Below, piece after piece: positions 1 to 10,980 of a DNA stretch of 64,000 bases. Each line of letters begins with the position of its first letter. Position 1 is the first letter of the stretch. The translations under genes were made by a program, and so were the position numbers. The stretch is from an uncultured cyanobacterium. Its GTDB lineage: Bacteria > Cyanobacteriota > Cyanobacteriia > Cyanobacteriales > Cyanobacteriaceae. The stretch is from positions 1,216,001 through 1,280,000 of the forward strand of contig CAVQBA010000004.1 of the NCBI GenBank assembly GCA_963710605.1. Direction: 5' to 3'. The notes below the pieces were generated by a model. The model worked only from the letters and a program-made list of their open reading frames with translations. It had not been told where the DNA came from and did not search any database.

Positions 1-88
1 CTGAAATAATTAATGATTTAGTTAATACAGGCAAATGAATAATGAACAATTATTAACTCTTAACTCTTAACTCTTAACTCTTAACTGA

Positions 89-508
89 TTAAGGTAAGCG
101 ATAACTGGCAACTCGTATTTCTAAATTTCCCTGTTTGAAATTGTTATTAAAAACAAATTCTCCAGAGCGTTTTTCTTGAGGGGATAAAAAATCGATTTCT
201 TGTCTGCCGGTTTGAACTTTGTTGTCTGGCAAAGACAGTTGAGCGACAATTTCGACAGATTCAACTGTTTCTCCACCTGAATTAAGCACGGTGAAAGGGA
301 TGTAATATTGTGTATCAATATGTCTAATCTTAGATTCTGTTATTACCGATAAAATCGGTGGCTGATTATCGGCGGTTAATCCTGTATAGCAAACTAAAGC
401 TACAATTAAACTAACGATCGATAAAGATACGGCGAAGCTAACTTTTTCGGCTAAAGTTCGTTGCCCAAGAAAAGAGCTATTTGAGGTTCGATTACTTTTA
501 TTTTTCAT
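89..508 (-). CDS. TIGR02588-family protein (single TM, Ig-like domain)
   Basis: AEKVSFAVS TM segment and 'IDFLSPQEKRSGEFVF' C-terminal motif; overlaps its usual partner TIGR02587 by 4 nt. Confidence 0.75.
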   Translation of the reverse strand: MKNKSNRTSNSSFLGQRTLAEKVSFAVSLSIVSLIVALVCYTGLTADNQPPILSVITESKIRHIDTQYYIPFTVLNSGGETVESVEIVAQLSLPDNKVQTGRQEIDFLSPQEKRSGEFVFNNNFKQGNLEIRVASYRLP

Positions 509-1443
509 ACTGTCAAACGTCCTGCCGCCCCACCAATACTAGCAGGTAAAGCTAAAATTATACCGTAACGTAACCAAACAAGCCAAGGCTCACCTAAAGT
601 TAGTTTTTGGAAAAACCAGAGCATTAAAATACTGGTAAACAATGCAACCAGATAAGAAAAAAAGGTTTCACTTAAAGGTGATTGAAACAAACCTTGTTGT
701 TGACGGCGTTTGTCGTAATTAGTAAATTCAGAAGCAAAAACGATCGCATAGGAAACTAATAATGAGATAAACATGATTGTTAGTAACCACCAAGAAGTAG
801 CAGAAGCCGCCAAAAAATTCACTTCATCTGTCGGGGCAATACTAAAAGCAATAAATAAAACACCGATAACAGTAGCCACAAAATCAGCGAGGGTATCTTT
901 CCAAACAAGATTACGACTATTTTTCTCGTTTTTATGGTTAGTTTTTGGTGAAGAAGATTGTTGCGATTGACGACTACTATCCAAATCAATTTTAGTTTCG
1001 CCACTGAGAATCGATTGAGAAAATGCGACTCCGACTGAAAATGGTACGCCTTCAAAAACTATTTTACCCAATGCTTCAACTAAAGACGTTTGTAAATCAA
1101 TACGTTGGAGAACAACTAACATAAAAGTAGCACAAACAAAGCCAATTGCCATTGTTTCTAAGCTTTCTGCTAATGCCCCTGCTAATGTCTCACTTTCAAT
1201 TGGGCGAAAACCTTCTATCTGATTGATTAAGAAGATAATTAAAAATGTAATAGCTAAAATTTCTAGTAAGACAAAAGATGTCACATAAGAACCAATAAAC
1301 CAGACTTCCATGGTGTATAAAAGAGGCATACCGAAAAGAAAACCTCCAGATGCACCACTTACTACTTCTTGGAATTCTTGTTGCCAATTATCACCCTTTT
1401 TTTGCTTTCGAGGACGATCGTCTTTTTGCTCAGAATTAATCAC
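505..1443 (-). CDS. TIGR02587-family (DUF2391) integral membrane protein
   Basis: 'GGFLFGMPLLYTMEVWFIG', 'IAPTDEV', C-terminal 'PASIGGAAGRL'. Confidence 0.8.
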   Translation of the reverse strand: MINSEQKDDRPRKQKKGDNWQQEFQEVVSGASGGFLFGMPLLYTMEVWFIGSYVTSFVLLEILAITFLIIFLINQIEGFRPIESETLAGALAESLETMAIGFVCATFMLVVLQRIDLQTSLVEALGKIVFEGVPFSVGVAFSQSILSGETKIDLDSSRQSQQSSSPKTNHKNEKNSRNLVWKDTLADFVATVIGVLFIAFSIAPTDEVNFLAASATSWWLLTIMFISLLVSYAIVFASEFTNYDKRRQQQGLFQSPLSETFFSYLVALFTSILMLWFFQKLTLGEPWLVWLRYGIILALPASIGGAAGRLTV

Positions 1444-1838
1444 GGTAAATACTTTCTATCTTGAATAGTAAATAGTGAATAGTAAATTAATCACAATTTC
1501 GTATTTTCATCATTTAGATTCACAAATTAATTGTACTCTAATTCTGTGTGGAAAAGAATTGACCATTATCTATTACCTCTAGCGTACAGATATAGATTAC
1601 TTAATTTTGCGATAATGAGTTAAGATTAATTAAACTCTTGAAAAATAGTCAAACTTTCTTGTTAGCTTAGTTATTATCTTCAAGTCCCTAACTAATAAAT
1701 TAGTCAATCAGAAAAAACATTATGATCAAATTATTAATAATTAACGATCGTAGTTATGATCAATCATTAATTAGGCTAAGATTAAGATATATAACAAAAA
1801 AATAAACAATTGACGGTAATAGTTTAAGAAAAAGTCAT

Positions 1839-3065
1839 ATGAATTTTCCTTTATCTTCTGATCATAACTACGATTTAACGATCGTTGGCGGTGGAATAGT
1901 AGGTGCAACCTTAGCAGTCGCCCTGAAAAATGTAGGTTTAAAAATTGCCATCATCGAAGCCCAAAGTTTAACCGCAACAGCTAAGCGTCAAAGGGCTTAT
2001 GCGTTATCGATTTTGAGCGGTAAGATATTAGAAGGAATCGGAGTCTGGCAAGATATTTTTCCTCATATAGGTAAATTTAAACATATTCGTTTGAGTGACA
2101 ACTTTTTTTCAGGAGTAGTCAAATTTAAAACCGCTGATTTGAATACCGATTATTTAGGTTATGTAGGAGAACATTCTTATATTCAATCGGCATTACAAAA
2201 ATCAAGTTTAGATTCAGCTAATATTACTTATTTTGAAAACGCTGTTATTAAAACGATCGATTCTCAAGCAGATTGTACCAAAATTACGATTGAAACTAAC
2301 GAGCAAAAAACAACTCTACAAACCAAACTCTTAGTCGGTGCCGATGGTGCAAAATCGACAGTCAGGCAATTTGCCCAAATCAAAACCCGTGGTTGGAAGT
2401 ATTCTCAATCTTGTGTAGCGTTTACCATCAAACACACTGCCCCTAATAACGATATTGCCTTTGAACGTTTTTGGCAAACAGGACCGATGGGTATTTTACC
2501 ACTACCAGATAATCGTTGTCAGGTTGTGTGGAGTGCACCTCATACCCTTGCTCAAGAATTAAAATCTTTATCTGATGATGAATTTATTACTCGTTTAGCC
2601 CAACATACTCAAGAGTCGTTAGGAGAAATGAAATTAATAAGCGATCGTATTGTCTTTCCTGTACAATTAATGCAAAGCAATACCTATATCAAACCTAGAT
2701 TGGCTTTAATTGGTGATGCCGCCCATTGTTGTCATCCCGTCGGTGGGCAAGGTTTAAACCTCGGTATTCGTGATGCCGCCGCTTTAGCTCAAGTTTTGAC
2801 TCAAGCATATCAAGCCAAAGAAGATATTGGCTCAATTTCAGTCTTAGAAAAATATAATCAGTGGCGTAAGCAAGAAAACTTGATGATATTAGCTTTTACT
2901 GATTTCCTCGATTGATTTTTCTCGACTAGCTTTATTCCTATCGTCGCTATCCGCCGTTTAGGTTTGTTGATGATGAAATATATCAAACCTTTAAAAATCT
3001 TTTCACTACAATTGATGACGGGTTTTAAAGGAAGAATACCCAATTTAGTTACTAATAGTAAATAA
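1839..3065 (+). CDS. FAD-dependent hydroxylase, UbiH/VisC family; in-frame TGA at 2913-2915 (probably CGA)
   Basis: GGGIVG Rossmann motif, GADG, 'IGDAAHCCHPVGGQGLNLGIRD'. The frame continues past TGA (FFSTSFIPIVAIRRLGL...MTG) to TAA at 3063-3065. Confidence 0.8.
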
Positions 3066-3434
3066 TTAATTATTTATTTGATTAATTTAGATGAGACTAA
3101 TAATTTTCGCCCTGAAAGTTAATTTCATCGTTAATAGATTATCTATTTGATTAATTGTGCTTTCATTTTTTAATTAACATCAGACTTTTAAAGCAAAATG
3201 TATAGTTGTTTAAATTAAGTTTGAAACAGTATAAATAATATTAAAAAGAAAAACAAAAACATAACACCCGCCTGGCAATAAATTGTCAAGGCTAATAGAT
3301 ACCGTTTAATAAATTAAACTCAAAGAAAATATACTCAAATTGTTTCATTCTTATTTTCATTAACTATACTTTGAATTTCTAGTTAAAGTAAATGATAAAA
3401 TTTAGCCAGAAAAAAATAAACATAAAACAAGACT

Positions 3435-4394
3435 ATGGGACTTTTAATCGACGGTGTTTGGCATGATCAATGGTACGATACCGAAAGTAATGATGGTAAA
3501 TTTATTCGTAAAGCATCTGCGTTTCGTAATTGGGTAACTAGTGATGGTAGCAAAGGCGAAACAGGGAATAGTGGTTTTAAAGCCGAAAAAGATCGTTATC
3601 ATCTTTATGTCTCTAATGCTTGCCCTTGGGCTCATCGTACCCTTATTTTCCGTGCCTTAAAAGGTTTAGAAGAGATTATCCCTATTTCGGTTGTCCATTG
3701 GTTTATGGGCGAAAATGGTTGGACTTTTAACTCAGGCGAAGGTGTAATTGCTGATAGTTTATTTGATGTAGATTATCTTTATCAAATTTATACTAAAGCT
3801 GATTCTAATTACACTGGTAGAGTAACTGTACCTATTTTATGGGATAAAAAAACAAATACGATCGTCAATAATGAATCCTCGGAAATTATTCGGATGTTTA
3901 ACACTGCCTTTGATCAAATTGGTGCAACAGAAGGTGATTATTATCCTGAAGAATTAAGAGCAGAAATTGATCAAGTTAACGATCGAGTTTACCATAATGT
4001 TAATAATGGGGTTTATAAATGTGGTTTCGCTACTAGCCAATCGGCATACGAAGAGGCTTTAACACCACTTTTTGCAACTCTAGACTGGATAGAAGAAACA
4101 CTATCGAATCATAAATACTTAGTTGGCGATACACTCACCGAAGCTGATTGGCGACTTTTCACAACATTGTTAAGATTTGATCCAGTTTATGTGGGGCATT
4201 TTAAATGTAATCTTCGTCGTATTTATGATTATCCCAAGATGTGGGAATATCTCAAACACCTTTATAACATACCTAAAGTAAGCGACACTGTCAGTATGTC
4301 ACACATTAAAGGGCATTACTACCAAAGCCATAAAACAATTAATCCTACAGGAATTGTACCAGTAGGACCCGTGCTTGATTTTATTGACAATTAA
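3435..4394 (+). CDS. Glutathionyl-hydroquinone reductase / YqjG-type glutathione S-transferase
   Basis: 'ACPWAHR', 'GRVTVPILWD', 'NNESSEI', 'INPTGIVPVGP'. Confidence 0.9.
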   Translation: MGLLIDGVWHDQWYDTESNDGKFIRKASAFRNWVTSDGSKGETGNSGFKAEKDRYHLYVSNACPWAHRTLIFRALKGLEEIIPISVVHWFMGENGWTFNSGEGVIADSLFDVDYLYQIYTKADSNYTGRVTVPILWDKKTNTIVNNESSEIIRMFNTAFDQIGATEGDYYPEELRAEIDQVNDRVYHNVNNGVYKCGFATSQSAYEEALTPLFATLDWIEETLSNHKYLVGDTLTEADWRLFTTLLRFDPVYVGHFKCNLRRIYDYPKMWEYLKHLYNIPKVSDTVSMSHIKGHYYQSHKTINPTGIVPVGPVLDFIDN

Positions 4395-4478
4395 CCATAA
4401 ATTATAATTATTAGGGGTAATCTTCTTGACACAGTTTCAGTGAAGATTACAAAATATAAATAAGAAATTAATTTGATT

Positions 4479-4724
4479 ATGAAAGAAAAACTCTCATTGT
4501 GGGTAGAACGTTTTTTGATGGCTGATATTTTTTTAGTGATGATTAGCTTTGCTTGGTTTGTCGTTGCTTTAATCGGGCGTTATCTTGGTATTCCTTTAGG
4601 TTGGGATGTTTGGTATAGTTTGTGGATACCTGTGTTTAACCCCGCAATCGGTATCTTATTCACAGGTATCATATTTAGTTGGTTAATCAAAAAAGTTGGT
4701 TTAATGATCAACAAGGAAGGATAA
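4479..4724 (+). CDS. Small two-TM hypothetical membrane protein
   Basis: ATG at 4479, two hydrophobic segments, 'W.PVFNPAIGIL'. Confidence 0.65.
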   Translation: MKEKLSLWVERFLMADIFLVMISFAWFVVALIGRYLGIPLGWDVWYSLWIPVFNPAIGILFTGIIFSWLIKKVGLMINKEG

Positions 4725-4802
4725 GGGATGAGGGATAACACATGAGTAAAGAAGAAGGAAATTGTCAATTGTCAATTGTCAATTAATATCAATTGTTACT
4801 CG

Positions 4803-5249
4803 TTAATCATCGCTAAAATGCTCTTCGTCTTTGTTATCTACTTTCCAATCTTCATTTTCTCCACCAATAATTAGTTGTTTAATCACAACATATTCTTTTG
4901 ATAACTCTCTTAAACTATTAATGAGTATATCGATCGCAATTAGGTCACTTGTACCTAAATCAAACCAACATCGCCCCCAGTTACCTAATACTTCTATATC
5001 ACCCATGTTGTGCATCGGAGACATCATCGCATTTTCAGCAAAATCACGATCGTATCGCATATAACTAATATCGATACCTGTTTCTTGTATTTGTAAATTT
5101 TCGGCATTAAAGCCACCGAGTTTACCGATATAAAACCATGAATCAAATAATTCATCGATATATTGTTTTTCCATTGGCGACAAACCATGATCAAATTCTA
5201 ACCAAACCCACAAATCAAAAGGATTAAATTCTCTAAATTTTACTTCCAC
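4803..5249 (-). CDS. DUF3531-family protein
   Basis: 'FREFNPFDLWVWLEF', 'GKLGGFNAENLQ', 'CWFDLGTSD'. Confidence 0.8.
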   Translation of the reverse strand: MEVKFREFNPFDLWVWLEFDHGLSPMEKQYIDELFDSWFYIGKLGGFNAENLQIQETGIDISYMRYDRDFAENAMMSPMHNMGDIEVLGNWGRCWFDLGTSDLIAIDILINSLRELSKEYVVIKQLIIGGENEDWKVDNKDEEHFSDD

Positions 5250-5293
5250 TATTTCTCCTTGTTAAATTAGCTGTATCACGATTTAAATCTAAG

Positions 5294-5947
5294 TTGATGT
5301 TAAACCGTCTTTTATCTTTATTTCTAAAACCTAACTGCCCTCTTTGTCAACGATCGGCAAATGATGTATTTTGTGATTATTGTGCAACTAAAATCTTGAG
5401 TTGTCAACTGGCTAATCATCAAACGTTTGTTAAGCCTAATTTTTTACTCTTTGCTTGGGGAAAATACGATCGAGAATTAAAACGATCGATCGCGCAGTTA
5501 AAGTATAATCAACAACCAGAAATAGGACACATATTAGGAATTTGGTTAGGCAAAGCATGGTTACAATCAGCTAACAAAGAAAAATATCCTCATCTAACAG
5601 TAATAGCTATCCCCGCATCAGCTCAAAAAATGAAGATAAGAGGTTACAATCAAGCTGAATTAATTGCTCGTGGTTTTTGTCAACTCACAGGATATAATTT
5701 AAAAAATAATCTTTTAATACGACAAAAAGATACCGAAGCGATGTTTGGTTTAAATCCTCTTCAAAGAAAAGAAAATATTCAACAAGCTTTTTCGATCGGT
5801 AAAGATTATGCCAAAATTAAAAAAACGCAACAGATTTTAATTATTGACGATATTTACACGACGGGTACAACTGTTAATGAAGCAAAACAAGTTTTGAATA
5901 AAGCTGGATTAAAAACGATCGGTGTAGCGACTGTCTCTAAGGCTTAA
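5294..5947 (+). CDS. comF: ComF-family phosphoribosyltransferase-like competence protein
   Basis: N-terminal CxxC...CxxC zinc ribbon, 'RGYNQAELIA', 'IIDDIYTTGTT'. Confidence 0.85.
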   Translation: MMLNRLLSLFLKPNCPLCQRSANDVFCDYCATKILSCQLANHQTFVKPNFLLFAWGKYDRELKRSIAQLKYNQQPEIGHILGIWLGKAWLQSANKEKYPHLTVIAIPASAQKMKIRGYNQAELIARGFCQLTGYNLKNNLLIRQKDTEAMFGLNPLQRKENIQQAFSIGKDYAKIKKTQQILIIDDIYTTGTTVNEAKQVLNKAGLKTIGVATVSKA

Positions 5948-6009
5948 AGTCAATTTATTTTTACTTCAGACTTGATTTACATAAATTCAGATGGCTATAC
6001 TTCGTCTTC

Positions 6010-6435
6010 TTAAATTGTTACTAAATCACGAGAAGATTGAATTGGAAAAAACACAGCAGGAGAAACATGAAAAAATTCTGCTAATTCTTGAATATGGCGA
6101 TTAGTTAACTGACGTTTTCCTTTTAATATTTCTGAGATAATAGACTCTGTTTTGAAAATGAAAACAAGGTCTTTTTGTTTCAACTTATGTTCTTCGATTA
6201 ATACCTTTAATAATTCTACGCCATAAATATCTGGAATCAAATCTTCTTGCTGTTGCTCATAGTTATAAATTAAAGTTCCTAAAACATCTAAATAATCTTC
6301 TTCTTCCGAACTTAGCTTGTGTTTATCTAATAATTCATTAATCACTGATTGAGTCGCTTCAAAATCAGCTTCGTTTACTACAGGACGAGGTGGAAATTTT
6401 TGCAGAAGTTGAATGTATTTATCGATTGAAGTCAT
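6010..6435 (-). CDS. higA: HigA-type antitoxin (XRE HTH)
   Basis: 'LKQKDL..IF..ESIISEILKGKRQLT..HI..LAEFFHVSPAVF'; lies downstream of the toxin. Confidence 0.8.
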   Translation of the reverse strand: MTSIDKYIQLLQKFPPRPVVNEADFEATQSVINELLDKHKLSSEEEDYLDVLGTLIYNYEQQQEDLIPDIYGVELLKVLIEEHKLKQKDLVFIFKTESIISEILKGKRQLTNRHIQELAEFFHVSPAVFFPIQSSRDLVTI

Positions 6436-6557
6436 AATTTATCAGAAATTTTACAATTATTAATTCAAAAGTAATTTATATTACCAAAGCAAAAGAAAAC
6501 AGAATGATTTAAAAGTTTTTTAAAATTATAATGTTACTCTGAACTCAGATTTGATTT

Positions 6558-6863
6558 TCATTTTAAAAGCCAGCTATCTTTTTTCCAATTACCCTTATTA
6601 TAATCAGTATGAGTGAGTACATCTCGGATATAGACTCTTTTTTTCAAAAAAGAAATTTTAGTAATTAATCGGTAATTATTACCTCCAATGTTGAACACTG
6701 TTAATTGTTGAACATTATCTGCACTAGGAAAAGTTTTACGCACATCATCAAAATGATTCCATCGACTCTGGGTAGTAATTTTATACCAATACCTTAAAGC
6801 CATTTCAGCATTAGGATGTTTTGTCCAAAAAGATTTCAAGGCAGTTTTACTAATAATGTGCAT
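6558..6863 (-). CDS. higB: HigB-type mRNA interferase toxin
   Basis: 'MHIISKTALKSFW..HP', 'TVFNIGGNNYRLI', 'VLTHTDYNKGNWK'. Confidence 0.85.
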   Translation of the reverse strand: MHIISKTALKSFWTKHPNAEMALRYWYKITTQSRWNHFDDVRKTFPSADNVQQLTVFNIGGNNYRLITKISFLKKRVYIRDVLTHTDYNKGNWKKDSWLLK

Positions 6864-7393
6864 AGAGAGCGTTTATTTCCAGATAAGGTTTACTAACACC
6901 ATCTGTTTTCCTTTGCTTTTAGTAGTTTAAACTACCTTTTTAATCTTAGCGATTTGCGAAGTTTTTGTTAATTGTTTTTTTCAGTAATTGGAAGTACGAT
7001 TAGTTTATGAAAAAAAATCAAACAATAACTTTAACTGAAATTAACGTCAAATAGCTTATCTTCAAAGAAAACAAACTCGCTCGTGAATTATTAGGAAATT
7101 TTTATTTAACAATAATAATTACAATCTTAAATAAGAATATGTATAGATCTTTTAGATAAAATTTAAGTATTATGAATGATTAGACAGTCCAAATTATGTT
7201 TAATAATTGATAATTGATAATTGATAATTGATAATCAACAATACTTCTTACTCCTTACTCTTGAATGTGATGTTGTTGTTGGTTAATATCAAGATTAAAT
7301 AATACTCCAGTTTATTTGTAGAAGAGATTTGATTAACAACCGAAAGTACACCCGATAACTAACCCGTAAGTTACAACAACATCCGATTTTTTT

Positions 7394-7561
7394 TTAAGCA
7401 CCCTTGAGTAACTGTTTCATTAAGTTATCTTTCACCATCATCTGGCGGAAAACTTCCATTAAATATTCTTGAGCTTGTTCTTGGCTTAAATTTTTAACCT
7501 GATCCTTTAATACTTGTAACTTAAATTTCTGTTCTAGGGTAAGATTTGCTGAGATGTCCAT
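7394..7561 (-). CDS. nblA: Phycobilisome degradation protein NblA (55 aa; below the ORF-track cutoff)
   Basis: Hand translation MDISANLTLEQKFKLQVLKDQVKNLSQEQAQEYLMEVFRQMMVKDNLMKQLLKGA fits the NblA pattern (LTLEQxF...LSxEQAQ...QMM.KDN); GAGGAG RBS upstream. Confidence 0.9.
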   Translation of the reverse strand: MDISANLTLEQKFKLQVLKDQVKNLSQEQAQEYLMEVFRQMMVKDNLMKQLLKGA

Positions 7562-7881
7562 TTTTATCACTCCTCAATAAGGTCTAGTTATTTGTTTGTT
7601 TATAACATATGGATATTAAAGCGTACATTTTGTCAACATTTCTGTTGAATTTGTTACATTTATTTAATATTTACTTTATGTTTCCTAAATACATTGATTG
7701 TAAAAACTAATCCATTCTGTTTATATAACTTAATATAACAAAATAAGATCAACAATCTGGGTATCCCAAAGGTAGAGATAATAATTGAGATGAATCCCTG
7801 CTTCGCACGTCTTCGGTGAGAATTGAGAATCAGGAATTGAGAATTAAGAATTAAACTAGCTGTTCACTGTTCACTATTTTT

Positions 7882-8880
7882 CTATTCTTGATTAGCGATG
7901 AGGTAAAGTAAAGCCATCCTTACGGCGACACCACTAGTAACTTGTTGGGCAATTAAGCTAAAACGATCGTCATCCATCAACTCTGAACTAATCTCAACAC
8001 CTCGATTAACAGGACCAGGATGAAGTACCTTAACATGAGGATGGCATAATTGTAATCTATCGTGAGTAAGACCAAATAACTGATGATATTCACGCAGACT
8101 CGGTAAGAGAAAATCGGTCATTCTTTCTTTTTGCAACCTTAAAGTCATGACAATATCCGCATCTTTAAGTGCTGGTGGTAATTGCCAATGAATAAATAAA
8201 CGCTCTCTTTGCTCAATAGATTTAATCGTATCTAAAAATAAGCGAGGTAAAAGAGTGGGTGGTGCGGCTAAATGTACTTCTGCCCCTGCGGTTAATAAAC
8301 TATTAAGATTAGAACGAGCTACACGAGAATGAAGTATATCACCGACGATCGCTATTTTTTTTCCTCCAAGTAAAGATACTTGCGGATTCTCGCTATCGAT
8401 TTGCGAACAAATTGTAAACAAATCTAATAAGCCTTGAGAAGGATGTTGATGTAAACCATCACCTGCATTAAAAATACTTACTCCTGAATTAATTCTATCC
8501 ATCTCTGTGGCTACATTTAGAGGTACGCCAGATTGACTATGACGAATCACCATAATATTTGCACCCATCGCTAGATAAGTTTTAGCAGTATCTAAAATAG
8601 TTTCACCTTTAGTTAAAGAAGAAGTGCTAGGAGAAAAATTTAAAATATCCGCAGAAAGTCTTTTTGCGGCTAATTCAAAACTACTACGAGTACGGGTAGA
8701 AGGCTCAAAAAACATATTCGCTACTACTTGCCCTTGCAAGGCGGGTACTTTTTTTGTTCGGCGAGAAAGTACTGATTTAAAGCTCGAAGCTGTTGTTAAA
8801 ACTGCATTGTATTCATCGATCGAAAAGTCTTCTAAGGAGATAATATGTTTTCTCGTCCAAGTTGTCGTCGTGCTATCCAT
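7882..8880 (-). CDS. pyrB: Aspartate carbamoyltransferase catalytic subunit
   Basis: '[13 protein letters not shown]', 'HPSQGLLD', '[11 protein letters not shown]'. Confidence 0.95.
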   Translation of the reverse strand: MDSTTTTWTRKHIISLEDFSIDEYNAVLTTASSFKSVLSRRTKKVPALQGQVVANMFFEPSTRTRSSFELAAKRLSADILNFSPSTSSLTKGETILDTAKTYLAMGANIMVIRHSQSGVPLNVATEMDRINSGVSIFNAGDGLHQHPSQGLLDLFTICSQIDSENPQVSLLGGKKIAIVGDILHSRVARSNLNSLLTAGAEVHLAAPPTLLPRLFLDTIKSIEQRERLFIHWQLPPALKDADIVMTLRLQKERMTDFLLPSLREYHQLFGLTHDRLQLCHPHVKVLHPGPVNRGVEISSELMDDDRFSLIAQQVTSGVAVRMALLYLIANQE

Positions 8881-9068
8881 ATTTATTCAAATCTATTGCT
8901 CATCAAAAAAATATTGATGATTTCTACCTCTTATTGGTTTTACCAGAAAATAAATAATTTTGTTTATGGTTTTAGATTGTTTGCAGATTTCGAGGTAAAT
9001 CTTTACATTTGTTTATTTTTTTCTGTTTTACTTTTAAGTTTCCAGTTAACTTTAGTTAACGTACACGG

Positions 9069-9121
9069 TTAGCCTTGAACTTAAGTTCAAGGATAAGATA
9101 AAATCGTTCAATAAATTGAAC
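9069..9121. repeat. Composite palindromic dispersed repeat, copy 1
   Basis: CCTTGAACTTAAGTTCAAGG + 13 nt + GTTCAATAAATTGAAC; the same composite is inverted at 56785-56837. Confidence 0.75.
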
Positions 9122-9172
9122 CAAAATTATATCATGCTGTTCCCTATTACTCAGATATAGCTTTTTTTATCT

Positions 9173-9580
9173 TTAAGGTGCAATTAAATGTTTTTCTCTT
9201 TCCTGATATTTTTTAATTAATTTACGTCTATGAATCGAAGGATATATTAATAAAGTAGCCAGAGGAATACTTACTGCTACCAAACCACAAATCATTAATG
9301 GTGAAGTAAATCCTAATATCAAACAGCCAATACCTAAACCAGTTAAAACAGTCAAAGAAGGTAAAATAATTGCTTTGCGTTTCGGTGTTTTATTCTGAAT
9401 TAAAGCTTGAAAAGTTTGATAAAAAAGCCAACCTAAAAATACTGGAATAATTGATAACATTATTAATCCTAATAGTAATACCAAAATTATTAATCCTATT
9501 TTAATTGCCCAATACAAGATAAATAATACCATTACTAGAAGAACAATAGCACCACCGCCTTCCTCTTGTCCTTGACTCAT
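9173..9580 (-). CDS. Hypothetical multi-TM membrane protein
   Basis: Four hydrophobic segments; directly downstream of the kinase gene. Confidence 0.6.
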   Translation of the reverse strand: MSQGQEEGGGAIVLLVMVLFILYWAIKIGLIILVLLLGLIMLSIIPVFLGWLFYQTFQALIQNKTPKRKAIILPSLTVLTGLGIGCLILGFTSPLMICGLVAVSIPLATLLIYPSIHRRKLIKKYQEREKHLIAP

Positions 9581-9607
9581 AAATTATAACTCCATAAAAC
9601 TAGTTAA

Positions 9608-10909
9608 TTAATATTTCCAAATACGCTCTATTCTAGATTGTACGTCTTCAACCACCGTAGGAAATAAAACAATTTGAGACGAACTTATTATTGAAACAAT
9701 GAATAAATATAATAACAATCGATAAGGTATTTTATGATTTTCGATCGGTATAGGGGCAGTTTTTATTTTTAGAGGAATTTGATAAATTTCAGTCGAAGCG
9801 TTAGATGTTAATTGTAAACAACGTTCGTAAGTTTTTCCAGCCATTAAATTACTTGTATCCACCATGATTTTACATTTTAAATCATTACTCTTAAATTCCT
9901 TGTATTCAACATCAATCCAATTATGACTATCGTTATTGATAGTATCTGAAGGATGAGACATCACCTCAAATTCTCCTTGTAATACGGTGTCTGGAATTGA
10001 ATTATTAATCTCAATTTGATAACTCAGTTTTTCACCTAATTTCTCCGCCTTCAAATTTAACTCTGTTTCGCTTAATATTATTTCTGGTGTTCTAATTACA
10101 TACAAAGGTTGCAAATTTTTCAGTGCAGTTTCGGCATTTTGATAACGATTAATCGGATTTGGTTCAACCATTTTTTCTAGCCATTTAACAAAATTAGAAT
10201 TGTATTTTGAAGCTAGTTGTTTAAATTTAATTTTATTAGTTGAAAAATCAATTAATTCGCCTATTTTTCCCGATCGAGTTTGAGTTATTAAGCAAATCAA
10301 ACTAGCACCTAAACCATATAAATCTGAAGCTTCACTTAATTTTTGTCCATGTAATTGCTCAGGGGGCATAAAACCTAATGTGCCTCCTTGAATACTACTT
10401 AAGTTCATTGTATTGTTACCGACTCTAGCTAAACCAAAATCGATTAAGTAAGCTTGATTATCATCGTCTATTAAAATATTTTCTGGTTTAATATCTTTAT
10501 GTATCACCGCTGGTATTCTTTGTTGTAGATAAACAAGAATTTCTAACAGTTCAACGGCTATACTTTTTATATCTTCAGGAGTGAAACTACGAGGAATTGA
10601 TAATGGTTGAGCAGAAATATATTCTTGTACTAAACACAAACCATCACCAGAATCAAATTGAGTTAAAAATTTAGGAATACCGTGATGATGTAAACTTTTT
10701 AAAGCATTTATTTCTCTTTCAATTTCTTTGTAGCCATCCCACACTTTATTAGCGAAGGTAAACTGTTTAATAACTACTATTTTTTCTGTTTCAATATCGA
10801 TAGCTTGATAAGTAACTCTACCACCATGAATATTATATTGTAGTTCTTTTACAATCTGATAACCGTAATTGGTAAAGTCAGGTAGTTGTTTTGTATTGTC
10901 TAAATTCAT
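9608..10909 (-). CDS. Hanks-type Ser/Thr protein kinase with C-terminal TM
   Basis: VVIK, HKDIKPEN, DFG, 'GTLGFMPPEQ', 'SDLYGLG'. Confidence 0.9.
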   Translation of the reverse strand: MNLDNTKQLPDFTNYGYQIVKELQYNIHGGRVTYQAIDIETEKIVVIKQFTFANKVWDGYKEIEREINALKSLHHHGIPKFLTQFDSGDGLCLVQEYISAQPLSIPRSFTPEDIKSIAVELLEILVYLQQRIPAVIHKDIKPENILIDDDNQAYLIDFGLARVGNNTMNLSSIQGGTLGFMPPEQLHGQKLSEASDLYGLGASLICLITQTRSGKIGELIDFSTNKIKFKQLASKYNSNFVKWLEKMVEPNPINRYQNAETALKNLQPLYVIRTPEIILSETELNLKAEKLGEKLSYQIEINNSIPDTVLQGEFEVMSHPSDTINNDSHNWIDVEYKEFKSNDLKCKIMVDTSNLMAGKTYERCLQLTSNASTEIYQIPLKIKTAPIPIENHKIPYRLLLYLFIVSIISSSQIVLFPTVVEDVQSRIERIWKY

Positions 10910-10980
10910 AACGATCGATTTTAAACATTTTTAGACTTGAGACTTATTATAACTAAAATTAATTTAGATTAAGATAAATT

